This document shows positions 26,700-40,218 of a stretch of 64,000 bases of DNA, in pieces. The position numbers and the translations under genes are program-made. This DNA comes from Gnetum montanum (taxonomy: Eukaryota; Plantae; Gnetophyta). Location of the stretch: the NCBI GenBank assembly GCA_015680685.1, contig MNCI01001077.1:571417-635416 (forward strand). Reading direction: 5' to 3'. Under the pieces are notes generated by a model that had not been told where the DNA came from, did not search any database, and worked only from the letters and a program-made list of their open reading frames with translations. Position 1 is the stretch's first letter. Each line of letters begins with the position of its first letter.

Positions 26700-29304
26700 G
26701 CCACTTAATGTGCTTATGGTTGACATGAAGTACTGAAGTATAAGTACCTATGAGTAGATCATTCTACCTTTGAGCCTATGTGGGCCTCATGATGATGTAA
26801 AATGATACATCAAACCTGATTGCCTAGATCTTGAGCCTGAGAGTCTTGTTGATCACATATCCTCAATAGATAAACCTCTAGAATGAAATGAAAACCTAGT
26901 CAAGACTCTTGACTTAGAGGTGGGCAACAAAACCAAAAACTCTCTAGTTGAGGTTTCTATCACAACACAAATTGGTAAGGAGAAAACCCTTAAACTAAGC
27001 TCCTTAGTAGAAGCTTAATAGGCTCAAGACATTACTAACATCCTACATGGTAATATTAAGGGCTTGGCCTTGTCATATGAAGATATGCTAGGCCTAGACC
27101 CATGTCTAATCTAGCACAACATCATACTAGATCCTAGCATTAGAGTAGTTAAGAAAAAAGTGCACAAAATTACACTTGCTTTGGATTTGGTAATTTGTGA
27201 TGAGACCTTAATGATTTACCAAGCTAGTTTCATTAGGTATGTCAACTATGTAGAATGGGTATCGAACATAGTGGTAGTCCCTAAGAAAAATGGGAGTATT
27301 CATATTTGCATTGATTTCTAAGATCTAAATAAAGCAACCATCAAGGATGGCTTTCCTTTTCCATGTATTGATCAACTTATTGATATTATAGCCAAATATT
27401 CCTTATCCTTTATGGATGGTTTCTTATGATATAATCAAATCAAGATCAACCCATAGCACCAACTTAGTAATACATTCATGATTCCTTGGGGTACCTTTTG
27501 CTATGCCATGATGTCGTTTGGTCTTAAGAGTATAGGGGAAACCTACTAGAGAGCCATGACCTATATCTTCAATAATTACATGCTAGGTTTTCTCAATGAT
27601 TATGTGGATGGTCTAGTTGTTATGTTCAAACTATCCAATGATCATGCTAATCATCTAGATCTTATGCGCAAATGATGCATCAAGTACAAGCTTAGACTCA
27701 ATATTAAGAAATGTATCTTTAGTGTCAATATTGGTAAGATGCTTGTCTTTGTAGTATTTAAAGTGGGGATAAATGTTGATCCTGATAAGGTTAAGGCCAT
27801 ATCTAAATTAGTAGCACCTACCAACCTTAAGGAGATTTAGGGATTACAAGGTAAATTATTGTTTATTCTTATGTTTTTTCCATGCTTACAAATAAATTAT
27901 AGCTCATGCAATACTTCCTTAAGAAAGGAGTTTACAATGAGTGAATGGCTTAATGACAAGAGACCTTTGAAAACCTTATGTAAGAGCTAGCACAACTACT
28001 AATAGTCTATCTTCTTCAAGAGGGTAAACTATTCTACATCTACCTTACCATCTTTAACATATCCTTTACCTCTCTAATTTATCAAAAACATGATGATGAA
28101 GTAGAGATGCATATGTACTATCTTAGACATGCATTAGTTTCCCATGAGACTAATACACTAAAGTCAAGAAGTATTTTCTAGTACTAGTCTTCTTATTGAA
28201 GAAGTGGAGACACTACCTCTTCAGAAGCCAAGTCAATGACATTTGCAAAGATAATGTGCTCAAAGCCATAACAACGAACATTTGTAGAAGTAGCTATATA
28301 GCTTGATGGAATGACATAATCATAGAGTTTATCTCTCAATCAATAATAAAAGGTCAAGCTACATTCATACAACTCACTATTTTTCCTATTGATGACTAAG
28401 TAGCCATAGATCCTGAATTCCCTAATGAGCATATTAACATTATTAGCAAAGTACTCAAGGAGCATGAGGTAGTTATGCACTTTGAAGAGGCTTCAACATC
28501 CCATGGGGCTAGTGCTACTACCATCATAACATTTCCATCTAGTGAAATCTAATCCTTCACCTATCCTTTTGAATTTCCATGTACTAATAACATAGTATTA
28601 TATGAGGGTTTGATCAAGGGGATGATGGTAGCTCGTAACCTAGGAATTAGATGCTTAATAATCAAAGGCGATTCATAACTTGTGGTTAACTAGGTAACTA
28701 AATTCTATTTCTGTCACAACATAGGTATTAAGCATTCTTTCTTGCCACCTTATTACCATTAAGCCAATGGACAAGTAGAAGCAACCAACAGATCCATCAT
28801 TAAATTTCTCTAGAAGATGTCTAATAACCGCAAGCATAAATGACATGAGTGGCTTCTCCATGCAGTATGGCCATACAAAATAGCCTATTGCATAAAAACT
28901 GGTGTTACCCCTTATATCTTGTTTTATGGTTCTAAAGTTGTTATACATATTGATTTGCAAATGTCTTCACTTTGAGTATCCTTAACTAACTTCATCAATG
29001 ATGAGAAAAAAAAGAAATTGTAGAAAATTATATTGGACTTGGTGGAGGAGCAATGTATGCAAGCATTTTCTCACATTAAACACTATGAAGAGAGGTAGAA
29101 GTAATAGCACCATAATAATTTGACAAGGCATTAGATCAAGGAACATGACTTGGTCAGTATGTAGACAAATTCTTAGCCAACTAGGAATGTCCCTTCCTTG
29201 TAACAAGATCCTATGGAAATGATGCATTCAAGATCACAGATTTGGATGGGAATGAGCTAGCCAATTTGGTCAATCATTCCTATCTAAGGACATACTACAT
29301 GTAG
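26700..29304 (+). pseudogene. pol: Element C pol: RT-RH-aRH and truncated integrase
   Basis: EWVSNIVVVPKKNG...DYVDG; aRH CTNNIVLYEGL...GDSxLVVN; then an abrupt jump to INT ...ANGQVEATNRSII; ends VNHSYLRTYYM*. Confidence 0.9.
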
Positions 29305-29556
29305 CTAACAATCATAAATAAGTGAACTTACTTTGAATGGCCTTCCAAGGCCTAAAATTGATGATACACCTATTGAGACCTTAGAACTAGCACCACAGCC
29401 TCCTATCATTGTTATCATAGTCTTATCTCATTATCACAAGCACTCTTCAACATGGTTTAGCAAGATTGGATCTAGTGTGGAGAGGGAACATCAGTGGTGA
29501 ACTTGCAATGATGTTTTGTATTCTTTGTCAATGCCTCTCATTTCAATCCTCTAGAC

Positions 29557-29575
29557 AAAAACAAAGAGGGGCCAT
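29557..29575 (+). promoter_or_regulatory. Polypurine tract of element C
   Basis: aaaaacaaagaggggccat directly before TGAAACACC. Confidence 0.85.
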
Positions 29576-30600
29576 TGAAACACCACAACAATTTGCATGT
29601 TATAGCCAATTTTCACCATGTATCTTTCACCCCATGAAACCTAAGGTAAACATTTATTGTAAATCTAAAGATTATAATCCATGATGGGAAATCTCACATA
29701 TTTCATAATTTTGGGACTAAAAAAAGACCTCATAAGTGGTCAAAGCCTTATTCCACAAGTAAAAACAAAAGTCACCTAGTGTCTATATTTGGGCTTGGTT
29801 GGGTCAAATACACCTTTTGGGAAGCCAAAAATGATAATTTGATCTATTTTGAGCTGGGTATACACTTTTCTATGCTAGAAACATCTATAGGGGGTAAATC
29901 TTACCTACCCCCAATGTGGAGGGATAGGTGTTTCCTTCTTAGCATGGATACTTTCCCCTCCCCCTAGAATGGAGATGACATGCATAGCTTGGAAACCTTC
30001 CCCCTTCAGCATGGAAGTTTTTACCAAGCATGGAGGCTCCATCCCCAATGTTGAAACTACATGTCCTTAGCATGGAAGCCACAAAAGCAAAATTTCATCA
30101 TTTCATGCAATCAAATGTTGACTAGCAACTTTAGCAAGGATTGTAGACCTATCTTCAACATAGAAGGTATGTCCCCATTAGTATTTATAGTAAACAGAAT
30201 GGCCATGGGGAAAGGCACTTACTATATATACTAAACCCCCAAATTTGGGCATCCATCTTACCTATATGAGGTAGGAATTTGTAGCAATCTAACAATCAAT
30301 GTTTACCATTATGCAACCCCATTCATGTCCTAAAACCTATAAAATACAACACCAAATACCATTATAGGTCCACAATTTTTAATAATTTTTAAAAGAACAC
30401 AATCTTGGCTATTCAAAATTTTTTTCATGGTTCAGTAATTTCTAGTTTTATATTTTTTTCATGATTTTACACTTGGACATTTTCAAGAACTTGAGATCTT
30501 TTGCAATCTCCCATGCTTTCATTCTCTTAAACTTCAATGTGGAAGCACTGTAGCCTTTACAACCCCTTTTTGAAACTTGTGGAATTTTTAGTGTCAATAC
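29576..30600 (+). repeat. 3' LTR of element C (start firm, end uncertain)
   Basis: TGAAACACC follows the PPT; TATA-like cctataaaata at ~30337; possible end ...tactaCA at 30604. Confidence 0.55.
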
Positions 30601-31099
30601 TACATTTCTAGGACTCCCAACCCCTACTTTGGAGTAATCTAGTAGATAAATTTCTTACTTTTCACATCCCCTCATAGTAACCCAAATTATAGATTATAGA
30701 TTGTAGAAGAAGAGATTCAAAGGCACCTAAAGTGGCTTGGTACCTAGATCATGGAGCAGGCATCAACTTCAATGAGCTTTGAAGTTCTACCTTAGAGAAT
30801 CCTTCCTTCCTCTCTCATAGGCATTTCTTATACACATTTTTGAAACTCATTATTTATTATTTTAATAAATTTCTAAAGTTTAATTTTGTGTGCAATCTAC
30901 ATTTGCATTCTTTTTTGCAGATTTGTAATTTTTTGCATTATATTTTCTCAACTCCTCATTTTGAATTTTGTACGTCTCTAGGTGATCTACTCAACCATCT
31001 AGGGCATCTCAAATATCATTTTCTTAAGGTCTTTGTGGTTCATGGTTGAGGCTGCTATGTTGGATCTATTGGTTTTCTAGTGATTGATTTTTCCTATTG

Positions 31100-34000
31100 C
31101 AACTATACTGACTCTAATTTAGAGTAAGAGGAAGGATGAAACATGTGCCAGTATGAGCATGCTAAGGGATGTTTTCCTTTTATGGTATACATTCAAAAGT
31201 CCTAGAAATATTAAGTCAACTTTATTTTCATCAAATAGCAAATGCCAATATGATTACCTTATCCCCAAGGTAATCTCAAACAACCTTTCTAGCCAACCTA
31301 GCATCCAAGTGAAGCTTACCATAAAACATAGGAGTAATACTAACAATAGTAGCATAACCACAAGCTTGGAGAATGGTACTACCAAAGAAACAATATCCAT
31401 ATAGGTAACTTGATCCTTATGGATATTCTGTCCAATTTCCAATATCTACAGGAAACACTACAATTCAAATCACTTCTCATTATTATTCACTAGAGTACTA
31501 TAGGTCTACAACTTCAAGGATGCATTACAAGCTATATGCAAAAGCCAGTCCATCAAATTGGCCTTCAATATCTTTATCATCAATGTAATCACCTTTCATG
31601 TATGGAGAACTACCCTCACAAACATAGTAGAAGAACATCTCCATGCCAGTGAACACATAGGAGGAGATAATGATAAGGGAACCTCAATCAAGGAAACTTC
31701 CATTCTTTAGAACAAGTCTAGAGAGGGTTGAGAGGATGGGGACTCCATCTATGTCAACTTCATTCACACATACTTCTTAAAAGAATACCATGGTTCTATA
31801 TTCTTTAGATTTAATCTTGACTACTTTGATGCTTACACAAATAGTTAGTCATTGGATTAAGGCAAGATTACTTCCCAAAAAGAGAACGTGTTGAGGATGT
31901 TTCTTGATATACCATCAAGTAGGAGGCCACAAACCATGTAAGCCTTTACTTGATTCGAACATAGGAGTGAACTTAATCTCAAAGGATATGTAAAAGGTGT
32001 GAAATCTTCCTCCACTCAAGAAAAGAAATATCAAACTAGAAATTGTTGAGTAGTCCATTACTATCCCACTAGGATAGGTAGATGATGTCATTACTACCAT
32101 TAGTGAATGGTCCTATCATGCTAATTTCTTAGTCATTCATGTGGAAAAAAATTAGGTAGAGTTCCTTATAATCATGAGAAGATCTTGGCTTAGCACTATG
32201 GATTCTAAGCTTGAAATCAAAGATTTGTCCTTAGATATTTCCAAGGAGAAGAAAGATGGAATCTTTCAATGACACAGAGTTTCATATATTGCATACATTA
32301 ATAATGGGTGAAACTACATGTAGAAGATATGGACCATTAAACAAGAAAGAAACATACCATGAAATAGATTTGTAGAAGAAATATATATGCAAAAATATCT
32401 ATATGAAGTAGCCACTAAACAAGAAGGCACGTAGTGACTAGTTACTAATGGAGAATTAGAATCTAAAATATACATGGAATAACCAAATCAGATTATAAGT
32501 ACCTACATTGAAGAGAGAGATAAGTTGAAATAGTAAGGAAGAAAACACCCATATACACATTCATGTCAATACTAAGATATTGAATGGTGACAACTTAAGA
32601 CCCTAGATAATTTTGAACTAAAAAAATTAAAGTTAAAAGCCTATTAGCAATGCTGAACTATGATTTTCTAAATAACATGAAGCTTGTAATTATCAATTCC
32701 AACCTAGATAAAGAGCAGAATAAAATATTATTGGAAGTAGTTAATAAATTTCCAGCAACATTCTCTTGGTTTTATGATGAGATAACTAGCATTGATCCAT
32801 GAATGTGTTAACACAAAATCTATACAGATCTAGCCATTAAGCCATGGCACAAGCCTTAAAGAAGATTGAATCCCAAGATAAAGGAATCAATAAAACAAGA
32901 ACTAGAAAAAATATTAATGGCAAGATTCATCTATCCATTTATAGACATTGAATGGGTTAGTTCCTTGATCATTTTCTTGACAAAAGATGATAAGTGGAGG
33001 GTATCTATTGATTTTTAATCATTGAACTCTATGACATTCAAGGACCATTTTCCTATGTTGTTTATTGACCAAGTCCTTGATATAATAGTAGGACATTAGT
33101 ACTATAGCTTCTTAGATAGATATAACGAGTACAACTAGATCCATATTGCATCAAAAGACTAGGAAAAGACTACTTTTACTAGTCCATGGAGAATGTTTGC
33201 TCATAAGAAAATTCCTTTTTGATTACAAAAGCACCCACTACTTTCTAGAGTTTAGTACTAAGTATCTTCCAAAAGCAAATAGGTAATGATGTAGAAGTAT
33301 TTATGGATGATTTCTCAACTTATGGGCCAGATTACAAGTAGGAACTAGACCTCATAGAGTAGGTATTAAAAAGATGTGTAGAGATAAATTTGAAGCTCAA
33401 TTGGTAGAAAATCTATTTAATGGTCTAAGATGGGATCATTCTACAACACAAAGTATCATTGAAGGAAATTGAGATAGATCCAAATAAGATTAGATTCATT
33501 AAGAACATCACCTAAAGGCCATAAAAGATCAAATTTGTTAGATCATTCTTCAATCACATAATATATTATAGAAGGCTTATAGAAAATTTCTAAAAAAATA
33601 AAAGCTAATGCTAGAATTGATAGAGAAAGATGTACCATTTTAGTGGATAGAACAATGTGAGAAGGAATTTGAGACTCTAAAATAGAAGTTAATTAAAGCA
33701 CCAATCCTTTGAGATCTGGATTGATCTAAACCCTTTCACATAATGATAGATGATTTCAATTATGCACTAGGTGTAGTACTGCTGCAACTAGATGATTAGA
33801 AGAAACCATACTATATACATTATGCCAACAGATGCAACACCAAAACACAACTTAAATACACCAGCATAGAAAAGAAGCTTCTAATAGTGGTGTATGCATT
33901 AGAAATATTTGAACACTACATGACCAATTGTTCCATTTACATCTACATAGATCATAGTACAATAATATTTCTAATGAATAAACTAGTGTTGAATTATAGA

Positions 34001-35420
34001 GTGATTAGATGGCTAATCATACTACAAGAATTTGACATCATCATGATCGATAAGAAAGGCATGGAAAATGTAGTGGTAGATCACTTGTTAAGGATAAAAT
34101 GGAAATAATAAGACCAAGAAGAACTATTATAAGATTAATTTCTTGATGAAAACCTATTCACAAGAACAAAAATGGATATTAAATCAATAGTGAAGTCATG
34201 GACTATTCATTACATGACTTACATGAGCACAGAAGAACTACTTGTTAAGTATAGTAGGAAACAAAACGAATAATTCCTCTAGAAACTAAAGTGATATATG
34301 GAGATAAATGGAAACCTTTACAATATTTTTGCTAATGGATTAGTATAATGGTATATTTTAGAACATAATTAACAAATATTCCTATAAGATATGCATGAAG
34401 AACCATGTGACAACTACTATGTCAAGCATAGGACAACACTCAAACTAATTATGGTAGGTTACTTCTGCCCTACTATATTCTAGGAGCATATAAATTCACC
34501 CAATCTTGTGAGAGATGTCAAAATGATTGAGAAATAACTACAATAAATGAAGGATCAAAATAATAAATTTATTTGTTGAAACCATTTGATATATGGGGAA
34601 TTGATTTCATGGAACCCATTTCACTAATGTCAAGTAGCAAATATTATGTCATAGTGATTGTTGATTATTGTTAAGAGAGTGCAAAAGTAGCTACACTTAA
34701 TGATTTTATATAAAAGATAGATACTAAATTTTCCAACATATCATAAACAAATTCAGAGTACCAAGAATTCTCATCTGATAAAATGGAACACACTTTATCA
34801 GTGCTACATTTAAGAAGCTCATGCAACAACTTGGGGTGAACCATAAACTAACTATATCATATCATTTCCAAGCCAATAGTTAGGCTGAAGTAACTAAGCA
34901 TGAAAATACAAGAATGGTTAGCCAATTTAAGAAAGATTAGAATAATAAATTAAATGGTGATTTGTAGGCCTATAGAATTACATGGAAACTCAACATCAAA
35001 TATTCACCCTACAAGTTAGTCTATGAAAAACTGTCTATGCTACCAATCCATGTAAAGCTAAGAACCTTATCAATTGCCAATACACTTGACCTTGACTTGA
35101 GGTTATCACAAAAGGTACATCTTATGAACCTTAACCTCTTAGAGGAAAATAGGCTTGTAGTTCTTATGAGCAATGAAGTCCATAAGAAGTACTCTAAGCA
35201 TAGGCATAATTCATGTATACACTAAGTATTGATCCATCTAGGTGATAAGATCTTATTCTATAATCTTGGTAATGTGTCTCAATAGGCTAACTTCCAAACC
35301 TTATAAGAAGGACCATACATTGTCCAAGTAACCTATTCATATAGAACCATGTAAATTTACTACCAATCTAGCCCACATATGCTCATCTTGGTAAATATTC
35401 AATAGTTCAAGCCTTATTAT
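31100..35420 (+). mobile_element. Element H: very degenerate Athila-like Ty3/gypsy gag-pol without aRH
   Basis: Protease LLDSNIGVNLI (~31950); RT RRLNPKIK...DIEWVSS...KDHFPMLFIDQVL...VFMDDFS; RH RVIRWLIILQEFDI...KKGMENVVVDHL; INT EPFDIWGIDFM. No spacer and no aRH. LTRs not resolved. Confidence 0.85.
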
Positions 35421-36834
35421 AAGCATTTTGATTCTACAATAGATTATATCAAGTCTCTACAACCATCCTATACTATTCTAATTTTCTAGATGACTATTTT
35501 TGATAATATTCGTGGGGTATCCCACATGATAAATAGATACCACACTAATTGTTTTTCTTTCTCTTAGTACCTTTGCCTATTATTTAATATCTTTCTATCC
35601 TTTTATACTTTAACATTTCTTTATCCTTCCTTTTTCATTCTCTATTATATTCGTAAATATTTCTTTATTTTACCATTTTCCTATGATTTTTCATTATCCA
35701 TTTTGTACATTTTTTTTATTTTTCTTAAAAAATGCAAGGATGAAGTAGTATACAATTCCAATAAGGTGAATATTCCTATATATTATCAAATCAAGAAGGA
35801 TCGATTACATATACAATGAGACCATGTCATCCATCTAGTCATTTTCATTCATAAGAGGTTCTTACCATGGCCATAATGATATTTTTTTCATAATAAAACT
35901 AATAATAAACTTGTAATCATTATGCCTATATAGAAGAGTGAAGAACAATGTAGAAATGAAAAGGATGTGACATCAAGGAGACTTGTGGATTCTCTAGGAC
36001 TACTACTATGACTTCTATCTTGTTATTAAGGGTATATTATTTTCTTGAATTCTAACAAAGAAAATGAAAGTAAGAGTATAATAAGTGCTTTCTTACCATG
36101 TCATTGGAAAGACTTGTTACCCATCCTTGAAGGTAGTTCTCTAGTAAGGAGAAAATAGTAAACATAAAACAAAAGCGCAAAATAAAATTTCTAGGGGTGC
36201 CACTAGAAAGACATGTTACCCATTCCTAAAGCTATGTAGCTTTTCAAAAATCTCAAAAATAAAATGTTTTCTATTAATAAACATTTTCTTTGAACAACAT
36301 GCTAAGGGATAATACTTCTTGCCACAATGGTAGTCTTGTGGTTGTTAGTCTTAGGGATGATAGAATGCAATGTTAATGGATAGTGGTTTGGAGTTTATTT
36401 GAATCTTGGATGGAAAGGCTAATGATGACTTTAATCACATATCACAAATAAGGATTCATTATGCTTATGGTAAGACAACTAATGTTCCAATTTCTGAAAT
36501 GACTTCTAATCCCATTTCAACTCACTAGTATATTTACTCATAATTTTAACACTTTATATAATATAGTGTTATTTTTCAAATTTGGCAATATTAACAAATG
36601 TGTTTTGATAAATAGGTATGTCTTACATTCAACTCCTTGAGTGCCTATGAACACTTATAGGCATGGTCATTCAATGGCACTAATAGCTAAAGCTTGCTTT
36701 GGGAAGGACTTGTATAACTTTTCTACATCATACCTAACTAGAAAATTCACATAATCTTATGTTTTCTAAAATATTCTAACATAAATTTTTACTTGCCATA
36801 AGTTTTATAGTCTGTCCATATGCTAAGAACCCTC

Positions 36835-38577
36835 TATAGCAACCAGAAACATTAGTGGTTAGAATGGAACACTGAGAGGTTTGCAAGTGCACAACTTTGA
36901 CCTCGTGTCCATGTGAGGGCCTACTAAAGGTAGAGACAAGGTGCCTAGAATGGTCTTGTTGATCAAATAGGGACTTATAGAATGTGATGCTGAAACAATG
37001 CTAAGTGTTTGCATGGTGTTTCATAGTCTCAATGGTTGTGAGCATAGTTAAGGATTTCCACTAAAAAAAAGGTGTCGATGCATCAATATGTGAAAAAATA
37101 GTGAAAAATGCAAATAAAATGCCAAAATGTGAATAGAAATGGCAAACCATGCACAAGAGGAGAGCAAGAGAGAAAGCGACACCACCCCAAATGGGGTTGA
37201 GCGTAAATAACCTCAAATGAGGTAAGAAAGATACACAGTGTACAATAGGTGTAGTAGATAGTGTAGTCATAGTCTCAAGATATCTAGTAGTAAAGAAAAA
37301 CATTCTGCCATGGTGTCTATTCCTATTGCATTGGCCGTTGTAGGGTGTAGTTGACTACAGTGGTCTACAATGCTCTATTGAACTAATTGAATGCCTTACA
37401 TTGCTAGGATGTCAAACTCTTCAAGAATGTCAAATGCCAAAATGCCCAAAATCAAAATTTTTCAAACCCCTAAAATGTATACGACTAGAATATTTATAGG
37501 ACTAGGGTTAGCAAAAAATTTGGATTGGTTGACACATGGCAATGTGACATGGGACTATGCTACATCAAACTATGCTCTCCACTAAAATAAATTGTGTTAT
37601 GCTCTAGTGTGCTCCAATGGACTCTATGAGACTATCATAATATGAATACACTACCAAACTAAATTGTCATGTGCCAAAAAGATCACAATGTGCTTAACAA
37701 CAATGCAAAAAATGCAAGTTTGGAGACTACACTTTGGGACTACACTATCCACTCTATGAAGTGGTGCCATTACAAGTTTTTGGGGAAAGGGGGAAGTGAA
37801 AAATATGTAAATGCTTTTTAAAGGTGTGTTAGAGCTAATGTGAATTCTAATGCTACATTGTGGAGGCCTCTAGAGGTCATTCTAGATGACTACGCTCTAC
37901 ACTTGGGAAGAGCGTAATCCTAGACTTAGAAAAATTCTAGGCCATATGCTAACTACTCTCTAGGGAAGGCTAACTACACTCCAAACTAGGGTCAAGCATA
38001 GTCCTAACACTTAAATTTTTTTTTTCAAAAATCTAGCTTCCAATTGACTATGCTTGACTATGCTTCAAGGCAGTAGAGAGTGTAGTCTTAATAGTTAGAA
38101 AAAACTACAAAAAAGCTAAGCCTTTAGTGCTACCTACACTTGACTATGCTCCTAGGAAATGAAGAGCCTAGTCTCAGCTCTTAGAAAATCCACCAAAAAC
38201 TTTCTTTCATCCCAACTATACTTGACTATGCTCCAATCTAGTGGAGAGCATAGTCTCTACCAAACTACTTCTTCCATGTCAACCAGGATCTACAACTACT
38301 GGATTGACACTTAGGAAAATTTGCAAAACTAACCTTTGGTATTGACTACACTTTCTACTAAGTTGACTATGCTCTAGTGCAATGCAGAGAATAGTCCCAA
38401 CACTTTGGAAAAATTTTAGAAAACCACTCTTTCAATCTAACTACATTGTTCACTAGGTTGACTATGCTCTACTGTAGTGGAGAGCATAGTCCTAGCACTT
38501 AGGAAAAGATTGTCTTATGTTGACACCTAGATAAATTTTTAGTTAAGACATGATAGCCCAAAGTTGGTGGTATTTCA
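36835..38577 (-). repeat. 3' LTR of element F (~1.74 kb)
   Basis: Minus-strand TGAAATACC at 38577 after a decayed PPT (38578-38597). The U5 block at 36835-36980 is homologous to the LTR ends of A and B. TATAAATA at ~37491-37498. About 10 TTGACTATGCTC repeats. Confidence 0.82.
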
Positions 38578-40218
38578 TTGGCCTATCTTTTTTGATGTCT
38601 AGAGGAGTGGCCCAAGTGACATTGACAAAAAATTACAAAACATCATAGTATGCTTGGCACCAACATCGCTCATCCATACCTAGTCGAATGTCATTTCACT
38701 ATGCTCAACAGTGCTATGGAAAGTGGTATGCAAGGGGTAAAGGATGTAGCCATTATGCTAGGGATAGCAAGAGAGAAAAGGTGCAAAAAGGGTGTTAATA
38801 TGTGGGATGTAGAGCCACCAAGGGTGACCATGCCACTAGTGCGGCTTACCTTTGAAAAGGTTGACCTCTCATTGGAGTGCTCATGAGAGAGTCAAGATGG
38901 ATTCAAAGCCTGAATGATTACAAAATTACAACATGCTTAGAGTGCTTGGGGATGTGCTTTTTTTATTTTTACTCTTTTTCTTGTTTTCATTTTTTCTATG
39001 GGATGACCTTTCTTTGGATTTTGCACAATGCTAACTACTAACTACGAAATGCCTTCCATTGAGTGGACTATGTGCCACTAGGTGGACTCTACTTTGATGC
39101 CTGCAAAACTACATTATATTTATGGAATAGTTGTTTCCTCCCTAGGATGACTTGTGTTACATCTACTTGGGCTTTGACCAGCCAACATTGGCTTCCAATG
39201 AGACAACTTATGTTATGTCTATCTTGGGTTCTACAATTTGGTTCAGAGGGTGCTATGTGGTCACAACAGGTATGTGTTAGAGGGATTTCAAATTTTAATT
39301 ATGTGAGGAAATTCAAGGGGATTGGGACATAGAGATAGGTGTAGATAGGATGTAATGAGGTAGTAGAGATGTGCACTCTTGAGAGGCCCAACTAGTCCAG
39401 TCATTCACATTAGAGTGATGTGGTGACTTGCTATAGTAGTAAGATCCATATTTCGATGATCACCTTGGGGCTTCATCCTACAAACAAGACTCTAAAAAGA
39501 CAAGAAAATCACAGAACATGAAATGCAGGTAAAATATCAAGGGCAATGATGTTGTGAGTGCTCCAAAGTTTGAAGCAATGAAAAGTGTCTAGAAGACCAA
39601 AAAAAAGCCTAGGGGTGATAATGCTACAAATGCTCCAAAGGATACATTAATGGTAAGTGCTCAAGAAACTAGAAAAATGTTGCAAGGTAATGATGTTGTA
39701 GGTGCTCAAGAGCTCACAATGATGACAAGAGCTTAAAAAATTAGTGAAATGGTAGGGGTCCATGATGTTGTAGGTGCTCCCACACTTGAGTAATTAAAAA
39801 ATGTCAAGGGGTCATAATGCTACAAACACTCCAAAGGCCAAGCCGATGGCCAGTACTCCATTTTAGAACTACAATATCCCCAACCATGTGATGCAGAGCA
39901 GTGGGTAGGGAGGGTAGGAGGAGTTAAAATTATTTCACTCGCTAGCTAATAGAACTATGCATGATTGATGAAATACCTAGTTTAAGATCTTGGTAGACCA
40001 TCTTGGACTGTTGCGTGCTAGTTTATTGTTATAGCGGATGTGTGCTAGTTTATGTTAGTTTAATGTCATGACCCAAGGACAAAGGTTATGATAGTTTAAA
40101 TTCATGGTGAAAAAGTGTTTTTATATGCTCGTTTAACATCATAAAAAATAGATGTTATGTAATATTATAATCATAGTAGACTTGTTGTGCTAGTTTATAG
40201 TCATAGTAGACTTTTTCT
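38578..40218 (-). mobile_element. 3' UTR of element F, interrupted by element E
   Basis: Lies between the PPT and the start of E. 39970-40210 carries ctagttta repeats like the 3' UTR of B; ~60-bp repeats at 39530-39860. Confidence 0.65.

Larger units (their letters stand above)
14736..30600 (+). mobile_element. Element C: diverged Tat-type element; its 5' part is displaced by A and its right boundary is uncertain
   Basis: gag resumes right after the LTR of A (MDFYxDDPISPMVPPL...KYNKEGDLNAH), followed by PR, a ~9.4-kb spacer, RT-RH-aRH-partial INT, PPT and TGAAACACC. Confidence 0.88.

Noticed and set aside
30737-30752. tRNA-Met PBS (tggtacctagatc) for element H
   Set aside because: Poor match to TGGTATCAGAGC and no clear LTR end beside it.
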